This document shows positions 48,401 through 60,960 of a stretch of 64,000 bases of DNA, in pieces (positions within the stretch are counted from its first letter, which is position 1; each line of letters starts with the position of its first letter). The notes beneath the pieces were generated by a model, which was not told the DNA's origin, did no database searches, and saw nothing but the letters and a program-made list of their open reading frames with translations. A program made the position numbers and the translations under genes. The stretch comes from Octopus vulgaris (taxonomy: Eukaryota), in the NCBI GenBank assembly GCA_951406725.2, contig OX597830.1, positions 22,258,001 to 22,322,000 of the forward strand, read 5' to 3'.

Positions 48401-51400
48401 ATCACGTTGTTGAATTGTCAAATCTCTGAGATAATCCAAGATCAATTCACAAACAATGCTTATGCATTACATTTGATAGGGAAATCTTTGTGCCAAAGGG
48501 TTAAGTGTATTTATCCATTCCATAGTGATGTTGGTCCATTGTTTAGCAGATTGTTATTCTGTTATTTTGTCCACCCTGCTCACTTCTCTCTCCCCAGGGA
48601 TGAAATGTGTTTATATTCTATATCAACAGGATCACCTTTATAGTTCTTGTGTAGATTCCTCAATATCATCTGACATTCTTAACATTTAAGTTGCGTAAAG
48701 TGACATTTCGACAAATACATAATTTCTCTTAGGTTCGAAGGAATGTCACTCCGGTATTATTGCAGAGTAACATGTGTTAGAGTGTGTACAAGTTGGTGTG
48801 ATTTGGCAGGGGTTCTCACTTTTTATTTTCTGTTTAAAATTCTTAATGTTATCTTTATAATCTTTCACTCTTTTCAGGTTAGAGAAAATGAAATTGGAAA
48901 AAATGAAACTGGAAAAAGAGAAGCTATTAAGATACAGAATGGAAAAAGAACTTCTTGAAATAGAAAGGCGTAATGTAGAGATGCGTTCTGCTGAGATGTT
49001 GCGGTGAGTGAGACAGATTATGTTGTTACTGTTACAGAAACAGAAGGAGGAGGTCATAAGATTGAACAAAGTTAGAGAGAAAATTAGGTTTGTTAAAAGT
49101 GCATTCACATTTAAACTGTTTAAGATAGGACAGCTTAATTGTGTGGGTAAGAAGTTTACTTCATGTCTACACGATATCAAATTCAATGTCATTGTGCATC
49201 ATATTGGACAGGTGTTTTCTGACATAGTCTTAGGTTGACCAATGCTTTGATAGATGGACACTATGTTAAAAGCTGTCTGAGGGCAGGGGGCATCCCTGTT
49301 TTTGGTGGTAGAATTATGTTGTCTAGTTTAAGATCACATCTAGTCCTTGGATTCCTTTGGCAGAGTACTCACTTTTTCAAGTTAGGTCTCTAATCTAAGG
49401 ATAGCTTCTTCCCTTCTAATCAGTTGTGGACATCCTGCATAAACACATTGAGTGCTGCGCTTCCTTTTTGAGCTATAAAAAACATTTTAAAGATCTTTTA
49501 AAGGGTATGAGAAATTTGGAAATTTTCACAAAGTAGGGCAAAGATATCTTTTAAAAATGGTAAAAGAAGGAAAATATTCAGTATATATGAGAAGAAAATT
49601 GAATATTGGAATTTGTAAGATGTATTCAGTGATAAATTTTTACTGTTTATATTCTTTGGTTAAATTGTTTTAGCAGTTTCTTGATATTTTTATTTTTAAT
49701 ATCTGATAATTCAGTGGTTTGGCTAGACACCATTGTAAATTTTTAACTTCGTTTCAAGATAAAGAGATGACCTATTTTGAGCACTTTTTCTCAATACCCT
49801 TTCAAAACTCAAGGACGAATTGAACTTAGCAGCAATGAACATTAAAGAAATGATTGTCAGACATAGTTTCTTGATTCTTTTAGTAAACTGTGTTGTTGAT
49901 TAGTTATGATGCAGACCTATGATCAAAGACTGTGATCATTCTACTTTTTATGGCTATCTATACGGCTATATTATCTTTGTAGTTTGTGTTTTGAAATGAT
50001 AAGGTGTTATATGATACCTCTGCATGGTTCCTATTTGGTGTTATGTGAATGTTAACTTAAGACTTAAATGTCTTTGTCCATCCCACAGCGATGTTGGTCA
50101 GTTGTTTAGTAGACTGATATTCTATTATTTCGTCCACTTGCTTCTCTTTTCCAAGGAATGAAATATGTTTGTATTCTATATCAAGAGGCTTTTCTTTATT
50201 CTGCTTACTTTTATAGTTTATGTAGATTCATCAATGTCATCTGACATTCCTAATATTTAAGATTTGTAAAGTGACATTTCGACAAAAACATGCGATTCCC
50301 TCTAGATTCAAAAGAATGTTTCTTGGGTATTCTTGCAGAGGAACATGTATTAGGGTACATACAGGTTGGTGTGTGTCGGCAGAAATTGTCTTTTTTTTTC
50401 TGTTTGTATTCTTAACGCTATCTTTATGTTCTTTCACACTTTTCAGGTTAGAGAGAATGAAACTGGAGAAAATGAAGCTGGAGAAAGAGAAATTATTAAG
50501 ATACAGGATGGAAAAAGAACTTTTTGAAATGGAAAGGCGTGACGTAGAGATGCAGTCTGCTGACATGTTGCGGTGAGTGAGACAGGCTATGCTGTAAACT
50601 TAATGATTAATTTTTATCTGTAGAATTTAAAAGTAGATAAAGCCATGAATAACAGCATGTAAATATTGGGTTAGGAACCCCTTTTGGATAGAAAAATCCC
50701 AAAGGCTGTCCTTGAGCATGTACCTACATCTTCTGTAAATCTAACAGACATTCTACCATTGTTCCACCGGCAGCCTTTGACTTTTTTCTATATGTAAGCG
50801 TTTTTAAGCCAATATTTACATGTTATTATTTGTAGCTTCATGTTCTTCAAGCTCTACATATGAAAATGAATTATTTCACATTCCCCCAAAGTTTCTAAAT
50901 ACTTATGACAAACTTATTGCTGTTATTTTGGTGTTTTTTTTTACTGAATTATATTTTATTTCCCTTGGATAATTTCATGTTTGTTTTGTTTGTTAGATTG
51001 GCAATTAGGAGGTAGGATTTTTTGTAATAGTGGAAAATAACCTCAAATGAGATTCATATGTGTAAAATGATAAGATATGCATGGAAAGATATGGTAATGT
51101 TGATGTGTTGATCTCATAATGGAGGAAGCAAGACAATGCATCAGTGGTGCTAACACCACCCCTAGCTGAATTATCCAACATCCAAAATACAACCACTCAT
51201 CATCATCACTTAACGTCAATTTCCTGCGGTGGCATGGATTGGATAGTTTGACAGGAACTGGCCAGCTGGATAGCTACACTGGGCTCCAGTTGTCTGTTTT
51301 GGCATGGTTTCTATGGCTGCATGTCCTTCCTAACATCAACCACTTGACAGAATGTGCTGAGTCCTTTTTATGTGGCACCAGCATGGATATTTCATGCATG

Positions 51401-53738
51401 GCACAGGCACACTGATAAAAAACAACAATAGAACACTTTGAGGAAACATGTATTTGGTATTGTCACTTGATCTGCTAGCAATAACAACTAAATCATCACA
51501 TTCCACTGGTTATGGCTGGAAGGAATTCTTTACATCATTGTCACAATAAATGGCAATAGTAGTTCTACAAAGCATTGTTATATATTGACATGAAATTATT
51601 TACTGTGATGGTATTTAGCTACTTAGTAGCAAGGAATTAATCCCATTATCTACTTTGGTATGTAATCTGTAATTTTTTGGTGGGGCTGTTTACTGCTTTG
51701 TTTTTGTTACATGGATATTAAATCACTGGTGATGGGTTTGTTTAGCCCTAAGTCAGCCCAGAAGGAGCAGACCTATAATTAAGGGTGTTCCAGCTATGAT
51801 CATTCTACTTTTTTTCTTTTTCCTTTCTGATCTTTGTTTTCTTCTGGGTATAATGTTGGACTACATTATCCAGTACATCCAACATTTTGTTTTTCTTCCA
51901 AGACAGCTGGGGATGATTTGAGGATGTTTTGATTGCCGTTTCTAGTATGTTTAATGACTGCATGGTGTGTTAGCTCAACTGGTGTCCTGGTTGTTAATTG
52001 TTGAAAGTTAAGGTTGTTTACTATTTTATCATATCTTTCAGCTGCATGTCATTCAGTACAGCTGCAAATTACTTGATTTTACTGTTATTTTTCTTTTTTC
52101 TTTTTTAATATCAGGTTTGATGATATGAGACATCCTTCAAAAAGACCCCATGATCGAAGTAGCCTACGTGATGATGACCTCTGGGATGAACGTAAACGGT
52201 CCAGGATGAGTAGTTCTGGTAACCCCTCTAGATTTGAACTTCCTTTCCAGAATGAATCGCGGTAAGTTGCCAGTGGTAGAGACAGTATTTTGTCATTGAT
52301 TTCTAAATTAAAGTTTCTTTTGCCTTTCTCAATCGTTGGCTTCTGAATGTAGTGTATGCATTCTTATATATCTTTTTACTCCTTCCCCACACCTGCTGCT
52401 GTTTTTTTTTCTCACATGTTTCAGTTCAGTCAATAAACTGCAGCTTGAAGGTTTCAGCTATATAAATTGTCTCTGGCACGTGTTCTGTCTGTCTTTTGCG
52501 GAACTGCTAAGTTATAGGGACATAAACAAATAAATAAGTACTGTCAAGCAGTAGGAGGGAACAAACATAAACACAAAGACACACAGATGCGCACGTATGT
52601 ATGTGTGTTTGTGATGGGCTTCCACATAGTTTGTCTATTGAATTCACTTGGCCAAGTTTCCACACAGTAAAACTGAACCAGAAACCACATGGTTGCAGAG
52701 TGAGGTCCTTAACCACACAGCTACACCTGTGCCTAAATTTTGTCCAGTATCACGACATTGTTGTCCACTATATACTCTGAGTTGGTTCCATCTTAAAGGT
52801 GAATATCTATTATTTGCCCAGCTTCTATACATTGTCCCTTTACAACGGTTCTAAGCAATTAGGAAATAATTTTCTAATTTTGTATCTCATTTATCTCTCT
52901 TTATAGGATGCCTTTTGAGTTAAGAAGAGATATGGGACCAAGTGGGGATCCTGATAGGAGATATGTTGGTCCTGATCGAGGACGTGATCACGACCGACGA
53001 AATATATCAGCTCATGATAGATTGGGAAGGGTGAGAAATTCTTTTGGTAAGCTTACACTTGTTTTAATCATTTCACTTTCCCTCTCACTTGAATAAAATC
53101 TCACCCCCATCCTCCACTTTTTGGTAGCTGTCCTTCTCTGTTTTTTTCTTTTAACACTTAAGCATTGAAATTGGCTACATTGGGCCCAAATATTCTACCT
53201 GTTTTATGTTCATCCAGATCTAGGTTCTCACACCTACTCTACAATGTCATTATAAATAAAGAAACATTACTTTTGACTGAATAATCTGAATGCTAAAGGG
53301 TTAAACCCTATTCTTCCGTGTATCCATCAATCTTGATATTAATCAACATTCTCCTTTTTTATTCCTTCTCTTATACAATTCTTTTAACTCTTTATTTTTC
53401 ATATTTGTGTGTCATTAACTAATGTTTTCTCTGTCTTATTCCTTCTAGGTGGTGGACCTGACCAGAGACCTCCTTGGGGTTCTGGCAGTGTAGATAGGAA
53501 AATGGACAACTGGTCTCACATGCATGGAGACATGGACCAACCGAATGAACAATGGTTTGGTAACCCCATGGACAAAACGGGGCGTGATGCCAGTGGGGCA
53601 TTTGTTGACAATAGTAGACCTGGTAACAGTGGTGGGGTGGGGCAGAACTTGGGACCTAGTAACATGTTTGGCAATTCTCAGTCGCGTAGTGGGATCATGA
53701 TGGTTACACACGAGGGTGGTAGTGGTGGTGGTATATGA
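30483..53738 (+). CDS. SAFB: SAFB/SLTM-like RNA-binding protein, tandem copy 2 (canonical RRM, predicted SAP-less, ~842 aa)
   Basis: Exons 30483(ATG)-30513, 32073-32104, 32624-32860, 33185-33218, 39503-40007, 41650-41690, 41824-41918, 42792-42941, 44338-44425, 45158-45289, 45827-46017, 46938-47101, 48878-49003, 50447-50572, 52115-52261, 52907-53046, 53449-53738(TGA) = 2529 nt, open. [53 protein letters not shown]...[13 protein letters not shown] and [15 protein letters not shown] are hallmark SAFB sequences. The start codon is the uncertain part. Confidence 0.88.
34647..35538. mobile_element. ~890-bp foldback/MITE with ~350-400-bp inverted arms
   Basis: gcataact..agattcctg..ggatgatcataact..gagaaaaatggatattttt / aaaaatatccatttttctcagttatgatcatcc..caggaatctagttatgc; absent from copy 1 (~2070). 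Confidence 0.85.
36050..36640 (-). mobile_element. Helitron PIF1 helicase C-terminal fragment
   Basis: [36 protein letters not shown]; [34 protein letters not shown]. Confidence 0.9.
37527..38652 (+). mobile_element. Degenerate Tc1/mariner, same family as 2697-3952
   Basis: aggcatgctgttcttgtgtctctaaccgccaaccacagtga matches the reverse complement of ~3740-3785; ttcttgatttggactcccatggagtac is a degraded PDLNP.DY motif. Confidence 0.7.
41824..42941 (+). CDS. SAFB: Copy 2 canonical SAFB RRM (exons 41824-41918 and 42792-42941)
   Basis: Translation closely matches the SAFB-family RRM consensus (RNLWVSGL...[34 protein letters not shown]). Confidence 0.95.
43030..44100 (-). mobile_element. Degenerate non-LTR RT fragment, Hero/NeSL-like
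   Basis: Minus-strand [14 protein letters not shown]...LWLDLTNGF resembles GCLEH...QLI...WLDLANAY. Confidence 0.5.
44605..45072 (+). mobile_element. Old tRNA-headed SINE with (GAT)n tail
   Basis: gtgactgtgtggtaagaagtttgcttcc..agtcccactgtgtggtacctta; tail gatgatgatg. Confidence 0.65.
47649..47869. mobile_element. piggyBac-like MITE
   Basis: TTAA-ccctcttgggacac ... gtttcaaaaggg-TTAA; absent from the three homologous intron copies. Confidence 0.7.
48878..50572 (+). repeat. Tandemly duplicated 126-nt coiled-coil exon, copy 2 (48878-49003 and 50447-50572)
   Basis: Same exon pair as copy 1 with intact ttttcag acceptors and cg|gtgagt donors. Confidence 0.9.
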
Positions 53739-54212
53739 GTGGATGTATGCAAGAGCCTAGCTTTGACGTTTACAACATTATGGGGTCTATGTGAAACCCG
53801 AACTGAGGATTAAGGTATGAGAGTCATGTTGAGGTATTTGATTTTGGAGTGGCAGATGGAATCTGATAGATAATAAAATCCTGCCCTACAACTGTATATC
53901 TTCCACATCCTGCATTCCATTTGTCACTTAGTGTTTGGTTATTGGACATTCAATCATATTTTTCTCCTTCTATACTTTCACGCGCACAGCCACACACACA
54001 CACATACATACTGCCGTCTCCCTATCTTCACTCTACTCCCTCTAACATTACTGTCTTAATATATTTATTTCCTTCATATTTGTTGCTATATTTTATTAGT
54101 TATTATTGACAGACATACAGTTCCCACAGTTGATATATTTTAATAAAAGAGGAGGGGGTGGAGCCCAGATAGGCTGTATTTACTAAAGAGGGGAAGAGCA
54201 ATCACAGAATGT

Positions 54213-54258
54213 AATAAAGAAGTGAGACCACATAGAATGTAATATATGGAGAAATAAA
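54213..54258 (+). terminator. Paired AATAAA poly(A) signals, copy 2
   Basis: Homologous to 21274/21319. Confidence 0.55.
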
Positions 54259-56561
54259 TTTTATTCACTGTAAACCACTCGCAAAGTGTTATATTTATTC
54301 ACTATGTATTCCTCATGACTTTCCTTTATTCTATATTTTTTCTTTATGTTCTCTGGTTTTGCTCTATATTACTCAACTTTCCTCTTTCTCTCTCTCTTTC
54401 TATCTTAACATGTCCCTGTTTGTTTTCCTTGAAGTTTCAGGTGGAACAGTCAAAATGTTTATTTTTGTATCAGTCTGATTTTGATGACTTTTTATCAACT
54501 TAATTTTCACAAAAAGTTCATTCATTCAAACAAATTCCTTCTGTGATGGCCTCGTCCAGAATTGCTGTAGCCTTGCTCATAGGTATCACGACCTGGCTAT
54601 TTTGCTATGTGCTGCCACAGAACCTTGCACACAATGACATTTTTGTGTGCAATTATTGGCAGAGGATTTGAAGAAGGAGGTCCAACTGAAAATATAGGAG
54701 TTCATAATGTCTCAGACTTGCATGAGGCTTTCAATCATACCTTATAAGTTCCCAGAGTTAACACTCACATCATAAGTAAAGTTGTTCTCTAGTGATTTCA
54801 GGTGAATTCTGACAATCATCTCAGGTAGTACATCAGCTGACAGGTGGAGAGGATGTCTCAGAGAAACTTATATTTAAAGATAAGAGTAAAAACTTTAATC
54901 TTCCTACATGTCTGAGTGCTGCTTGTAACAACTGTGTGTCAGTATCCCAATTTGCAAAACTTTTCCTTCAGTAAGGAACAATGATCAGCCACTAATGAAC
55001 TTGAGAACGTAATTGTGAAAATACAAACAAAAAATTTGTAATACAATCATCAATACTACAATAAATACTATTAAATATTTATCCTAGCTCCTTGCGAAAT
55101 TATAGAAATTAAGCCCGACTCTTTGAATGTGCTCTCCTAACTACCAAAAATCACATTGTGCAGGATATTAATGCTGCTAACATTCAACAGATACAGTCCA
55201 GTCTGGAGGGAACAAATCAGTTCAGACACGCATCATGGGTTGGATGGTTTGAAAGGATCTGACGAGCTGTAATAATGTCTGGCCCCAATGTTGTTTTTTG
55301 GCATGGTTTGGGTGGCTGGATGCCCTTCCTAATGCCAACCAGTTCATGGAGTGTACTGGTGCCTTTTTCCTGAAACTGGCTCTTCTGATGTCACTAAATA
55401 ACTTGCAAAGATGAAGTAAAGGAAGGAAAAAAGATCTCCACTGAATAGGAGTGTACTTGAGAGAAGGGAATTGGCTTTATGTCAGGTGTTGAAGGCAAAG
55501 GTGTGATAGAGGGACAAGCATAGTTGTCTTGCTACAGATGAGATAAATGTCTACCTCACATTATTGCAAGGGTAGGTGAGAGTAGCTGGAAGGAAGATAA
55601 AGCTGTTGGTGACAGGTTGCCAGAGCATACTCTGAGTACAAGATGAGTATAGTAATTTCATAACTAGAGGTGAATGCAATTGTTTGTAGCTGACTTTAAT
55701 GATGCTACTGACTTACGAGAGGAGTCCATTATGGATTGAAGTCCTGCATTAGCTATACAAAGAAATGGCGTGCTCTAACTGTAAACAAGTTTGGATATGT
55801 TCTTTACTCTTGAAGCAGATGTATTATTTATTTCCATGTGTATTTCTCTTCAAATGCTTCATGTATACATACTACACTGTGTTTAAAAATAGCTATTTTC
55901 AAAAAAGCTACTTTTAACTTATGTTTTTTGCTTGTTTCAACCATGCAGGGGTACCACTTGAAGGATTTAGTCCAGGCCTGGCCAACTCAAATTGCATAGT
56001 GGGCCACTGGTATACTGAATTGAAAGTATTTTGCTTTCTCGTGCTATTATTACAATAATGAATGAATGATAGTTGATTCAACATGAAATATTATCGTTGC
56101 AAAAACAGTAATATCTTTCTTTTTTACTTTTCATGACAATCTTTAATTTTTGATAATTTTTAAAAAATGATTGTTTAAATAAATCCATTTCAAGAAAGTA
56201 TGAAGCAGACCTCAGGTTGGCCAGCCCAGTCAAACAAATCAACCTCCAGTACTTATTTTTTAAAATTCTAGCACTTGTTATATCGTGATTCTTGCTGAAC
56301 CAATAAGTTACAGAGGTGCAAACAAATGATAAATGGCTGTCTAGCAGTGGTTGAGAAACAAACACACACGTATATAGATATCCAAAAGGCTTCCACAGTT
56401 TTAAGGCATTGGTCGATCTGGGGCTAGTATCTTTTCAATTACTGTCACAGATTTGGACATTTTAAAATTGAAATTAAGTGAAAATTTAAAAAATTTTGTA
56501 TACTTGCTGGACCTAATTTACAGATTCATTTAAATCAGAAAAAAGTTTAGTAAAATGTTAT

Positions 56562-56955
56562 AGGCGCAGGAGTGGCTGTGTGGTAAGTAGCTTGCTTACC
56601 AACCACATGGTTCTGGGTTCATTCCCACTGCGTGGCACCTTGGGCAAGTGTCTTCTACTATAGCCTCGGGCCAACCAAAGCCTTGTGAGTGGATTTAGTA
56701 GGCAGAAACTGAAAGAAGCCCGTCGTATATATATATGTGTGTGTTTGTGTCTGTGTTTGTCCTTCCAACATCGCTTGACAACCGATGGTGGTATGTTTAC
56801 GTCCTCATAACTTAGCGGTTCGGCAAAAGAGACCGATAGAATAAGTACTAGGCTTCCAAAGAATAAGTCCTGGGGTCTATTTGCTCGACTAAAGGCGGTG
56901 CTCCAGCATGGCTGCAGTCAAATGACTGAAACAAGTAAAAGAGTAAAAAGAGAGT
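56562..56955 (+). mobile_element. Full-length tRNA-derived SINE (Octopus-type)
   Basis: A box tggctgtgtggtaag, B box ggttcattccc, ccttgggcaagt core, gagtaaaa tail; partial copies at ~58633-58725, ~45505-45630, ~26350-26650. Confidence 0.85.
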
Positions 56956-58184
56956 ATGTTAAGTTTGATAATTTTTAGCCAATCAGAAAACAGGATTTGG
57001 AAGATGCGCATCCTCTTCCTTGATGTGATAGCTGTATGTTAGCAATTACGAATGTTGTGAGAAGCTGTAATGAGTTTTAATGAATAAAGCCATGTGAAAC
57101 GAACGGTCAAATACGAAAACAACAAAAAAAAACCCAAAATCCTCAATGTTAATTTTTTGTGGAAAAGCAAAAAACAAACCGGGAGATATATTTTAAATGT
57201 TCATGTAAACAAATCGGAAATTCAAAAACGCAAGTTTGAGATGCACTAGAAGTTTATCGAATAAATTATAATATTCGTGCTATGAAACTCTCAAGAAAGC
57301 TAAACAATAGGTCTTCTGAGAAGAAACCCCTTCTTAACCTTAAGAAGGCTTGGTTGCATCTACGTCATAACACCTGGGTGCCCTTCTACTGATTCTTTTT
57401 AGCACCTTAGATATCAGAGACTAACCGATGAGAAATTCCATCTTGTTGGAACTGTTCTCTGTTGTCTCAGCTTTCAAATCTACAGCTTAAGTAAAGAATT
57501 AACGTTTTATCATGGCAACGGTGAAACGTGAATGCTACCACATAGAATGATCGTGAGTTACTTCCCTTAGTATTAAAATACGAAAATATTGCTTTTAAAC
57601 GGTAGCCATTTTAATTTCCTTGACCAGATCCAGTCGGAATTCTTCTCCAGAGTTTCTTAAGCGAAAATTATAAATTATTCGATAAACTCCAACAGTTTGT
57701 CTGAATTTTCGTACTTTTTGCGTCACGTATACCCGCAAAGATACGAGTCAACCATAGAACGGTGGCTACCACACCATCGTTTTAAAGGGCACGTACATTG
57801 TTGCGTATAGATCCTAATTTAAAGTTAATAACCTCAGAGCTGTGGTTCACCGTTCTGTGTCGAAAATTATACCCAACAATTTCTGAAATATGAGAGTTTT
57901 AAATCATTGAAAATTGTTTTTCTTGAAAGAACGTGAAATCGTTCGCCGAAACTTGTGGTGGTGACAGCTTTGCTTGCTACTATGGAAACATTGTTGTTGT
58001 TTTGATTTATCTTTAAAAAAAAAAAAAAAACCTGGAATTTTTTTTATTCACTATATAACATTTAAGGTTCCGTAATGTTTTTAGTTTCAAAACCTCGCCT
58101 TTCATTCAATTTTGACGGTTCCCTGTATGTTATCATTTTCAAAACTTTGTATACAGTTCCGAAGGTAAACAACGCTACACTGGA

Positions 58185-58198
58185 GTTGCCATGGCAAC
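58185..58198. promoter_or_regulatory. Perfect RFX X-box palindrome GTTGCCATGGCAAC
   Basis: Exact consensus in a CpG-retaining region; X-box-like gctactatggaaac at ~57976 and catggcaac at ~57511. Confidence 0.55.
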
Positions 58199-59699
58199 AA
58201 ACGGTTTCTACTTATGCTTGTGAAAACACCGGACTTAATAGTTTGGCTAAAATTTACGCAATTTAAATGCTTGTAACTTCTTTATTATTAATGTTTCGAA
58301 AAAATAAATGCGATTTTCGTCGAAAGTATGCAAAACTATATCAGTGTGGGTTTGAAAACTGAAAAAATTCTTTAAGTAGGAACAGACATGGCTTTTGTAA
58401 GGACGTGGAGGCCATTTGTGAAAAATGTAAGAGGCCTCATTTGAAAGGACCTTCTGTATAGTAAGAGGTTTATAACCTCAATTGGTTTTATAAAAGAGAA
58501 AAAAAAGAACAATGTTCTTGGGAAGCATCGATCGGCAGGCATCGTCTGTTTCTCTCACCAATATCATTATTTTGCTCATCATTCATTTCATTTTTGCTGT
58601 TGTCCAATGAAATAAAGAAGTTTGTTTTTCGATCACATGGTTCCTGGTTCAGTCCCACTCCGTGGCACCTTGGGCAAATGTCTTCTACTATAACCTCGGG
58701 TTGACCAAAGCCTTGTGAGTGGAATGTTGTGTGTGTGTGTAGGAATGCATATAGGGGATGAAACTAATTGATGTAGAGAATTAAGGATTGTGTAAGAGCT
58801 GTGCGATACGGGGTGACGAGAATGGCTCTTTCGCACCACATCACACAAACCGTTACAATAAAGAGAAATTGGATAGAACAAATAAATTCCAGGTGGAAAA
58901 GAAACACAACCGCGAAGAATGATTAGGAGAACATTTATGGATGTTAATATGTGTGTGCGTCATGTATACAGAATAATAGACAGGCCGTCATGAGAATGAA
59001 ATGTATGTGTTTGTGTAAGCATAGATGTATGCGCGTGTGTTAAGAACATTTAAGTGAAGAAGATAGTGAAAAATGTCTATTGCCATCGAAGTGAGAAGTT
59101 CATAGACACAAGAAAGATGATAATACCAGTTCGTAGTAAGTTGTATCCGGTAGGTGAAATACCGTATCAAGAAGTCGTGGTCATGTTGCTGATCCGGTAA
59201 CAGGTACATGTCGTACGTGAAGTCGTGGCTGTGAAGCTGCTGCCTGGGTCACTTGATACAGGAGTTCATGCAGGTTGTATATTCGCTGTTGATCCGTAGT
59301 GAAATGATTTACAAACAGTGAACTGTTGAAACCTGGGTGAATTGCTTGTTGAGCTGTGTTCGAAGAGAGATGATGTTGACAACGTTAAGGACATGATGGT
59401 GGCAACGAAGAAAGAGGTTACCACAATGCTGTTAAATCTCCTTGTGACAAAGTTGGCAAGTCAGTACTGTCGCTGGAACTAGCTGTGTCTTTGTGGTCAG
59501 TGGTTAGACCTTAAAAGGTCTGGAACCCAAAACTTTGGAACGAGGAAAAGCTGAGTTTTTTTTTATAAGGAGCTGTAGGCTAAAACAGGGTAGTAAAAAG
59601 TCTGTCACCCGTGATCCTATTTAGAGCCTCCGACTAGTTATACACGGCAAGCTGGCGTGACCGAGTAAGAGACAAATTGTGCCAATACCAACCGATCAG

Positions 59700-60960
59700 A
59701 GTAGTGGCGATCTTTTGGTACAAGTACCATAACTGCCAATTATAAACCCACATGGGTTTATTTACATTTCTGAATGGAATATCTTCCACTCATCTCCCTT
59801 GGTATTGAATCCACGATGTAAAAATTAACACTTCCTTCTCCAAGCCGAGATTCAAAAGCGAATCTAAGAATTCTCGGTCGTCCAAACCACGACGATCAAC
59901 AGGTGCGAAAAAAGGTTTTCTTTGTCCTGTCAAAAATTGATTGATCATCTCCCTTTGACCTACGACCTCAGCCATGTCAGGCGAAGTTCAAATGGACATG
60001 AGCTGACCTATTTAGGTACAAACTCTGTCGCAGTATGCCTGTCTTTCTAGCTGCCACGATTATTATAAATACGCTGATCAACAGAGACGAAGAGAAAGAA
60101 AATCCCTGCAGGCATCGAGGAAGGTCGACCACACAACAGGTTTTGAATGACAGCACAGAATGTTCGAAGTGCCACGATAGACTACTGTCTCAAATAAACT
60201 ACGCACACATACAAACATATTCATTCCTGATATATGATTTCCACAAATGTACCCTGTTTATATTTCTAGCAACTCGTAGCAGTTGTCAACATTTTGTATG
60301 TAATGAAGAATTAAGTGTACCTATAACAAATCAAGTCCAGTGAATACATTATTTTCGATTATGGATCAGTTCACGCATTTGTTTACTTTAAAGACATATA
60401 CATTCCATTTGCATCTGTTTTCCATGATACACACCTAACCACTACAACGGTTAAGGAGGGAGTTGGCCATACTCCGGCTGAACTGATCTATGGCACTGCA
60501 CTCGTCTTACCTGGGCAGATGATCGACCCTGTTTCACCACAAGAGTTTCCCGACCTAGCAAAATACGGACATCTATGTTGCATTTGTCCCCTGCAGGCCT
60601 CAGACAACAGAACGTCACATCACAAGTCCAAAGGACATCAATACTTGGACGCATGTTTTCGCCAGAAATTATGGAATATCTTATCGACTTTGGCCACCAT
60701 ATTCCAGACCCTACAAAGTAACCCACAAAGAACCAAAGTATTTCGTTCTTGATATTAAGGGAAAACGAAATACTGTCACTGTTGATCGCTTAAAAAAAAA
60801 AAAAATTCTTAGAACAGGATTTACTATCAATTCCAATCATTTCTCAAACTGACTCAATAACGTCAGCTTCAGCCTTCGCAAACACCTCAGATTCTGCACA
60901 ATGCCGGCACACCAAATAGGGAAGAACAGTTTGATGGCTCGCAAGGTATGTTCAAGTCTT
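59700..60960 (+). mobile_element. Gypsy/Ty3 LTR retrotransposon remnant
   Basis: ELIYGTALVLPGQM...THVF...PPYSRPYKV..KEPKYFVLDIKGKRNTVTVDRLK is a typical Gypsy integrase C-terminus (60480-60795); boundaries approximate. Confidence 0.7.

Noticed and set aside
49038-49087. Functional extra coding exon ([16 protein letters not shown])
   Set aside because: Upstream intron would be 34 nt and the phase is incompatible; treated as a duplication remnant
56562-56640. tRNA gene
   Set aside because: tRNA-like head of a SINE continuing into SINE core and tail
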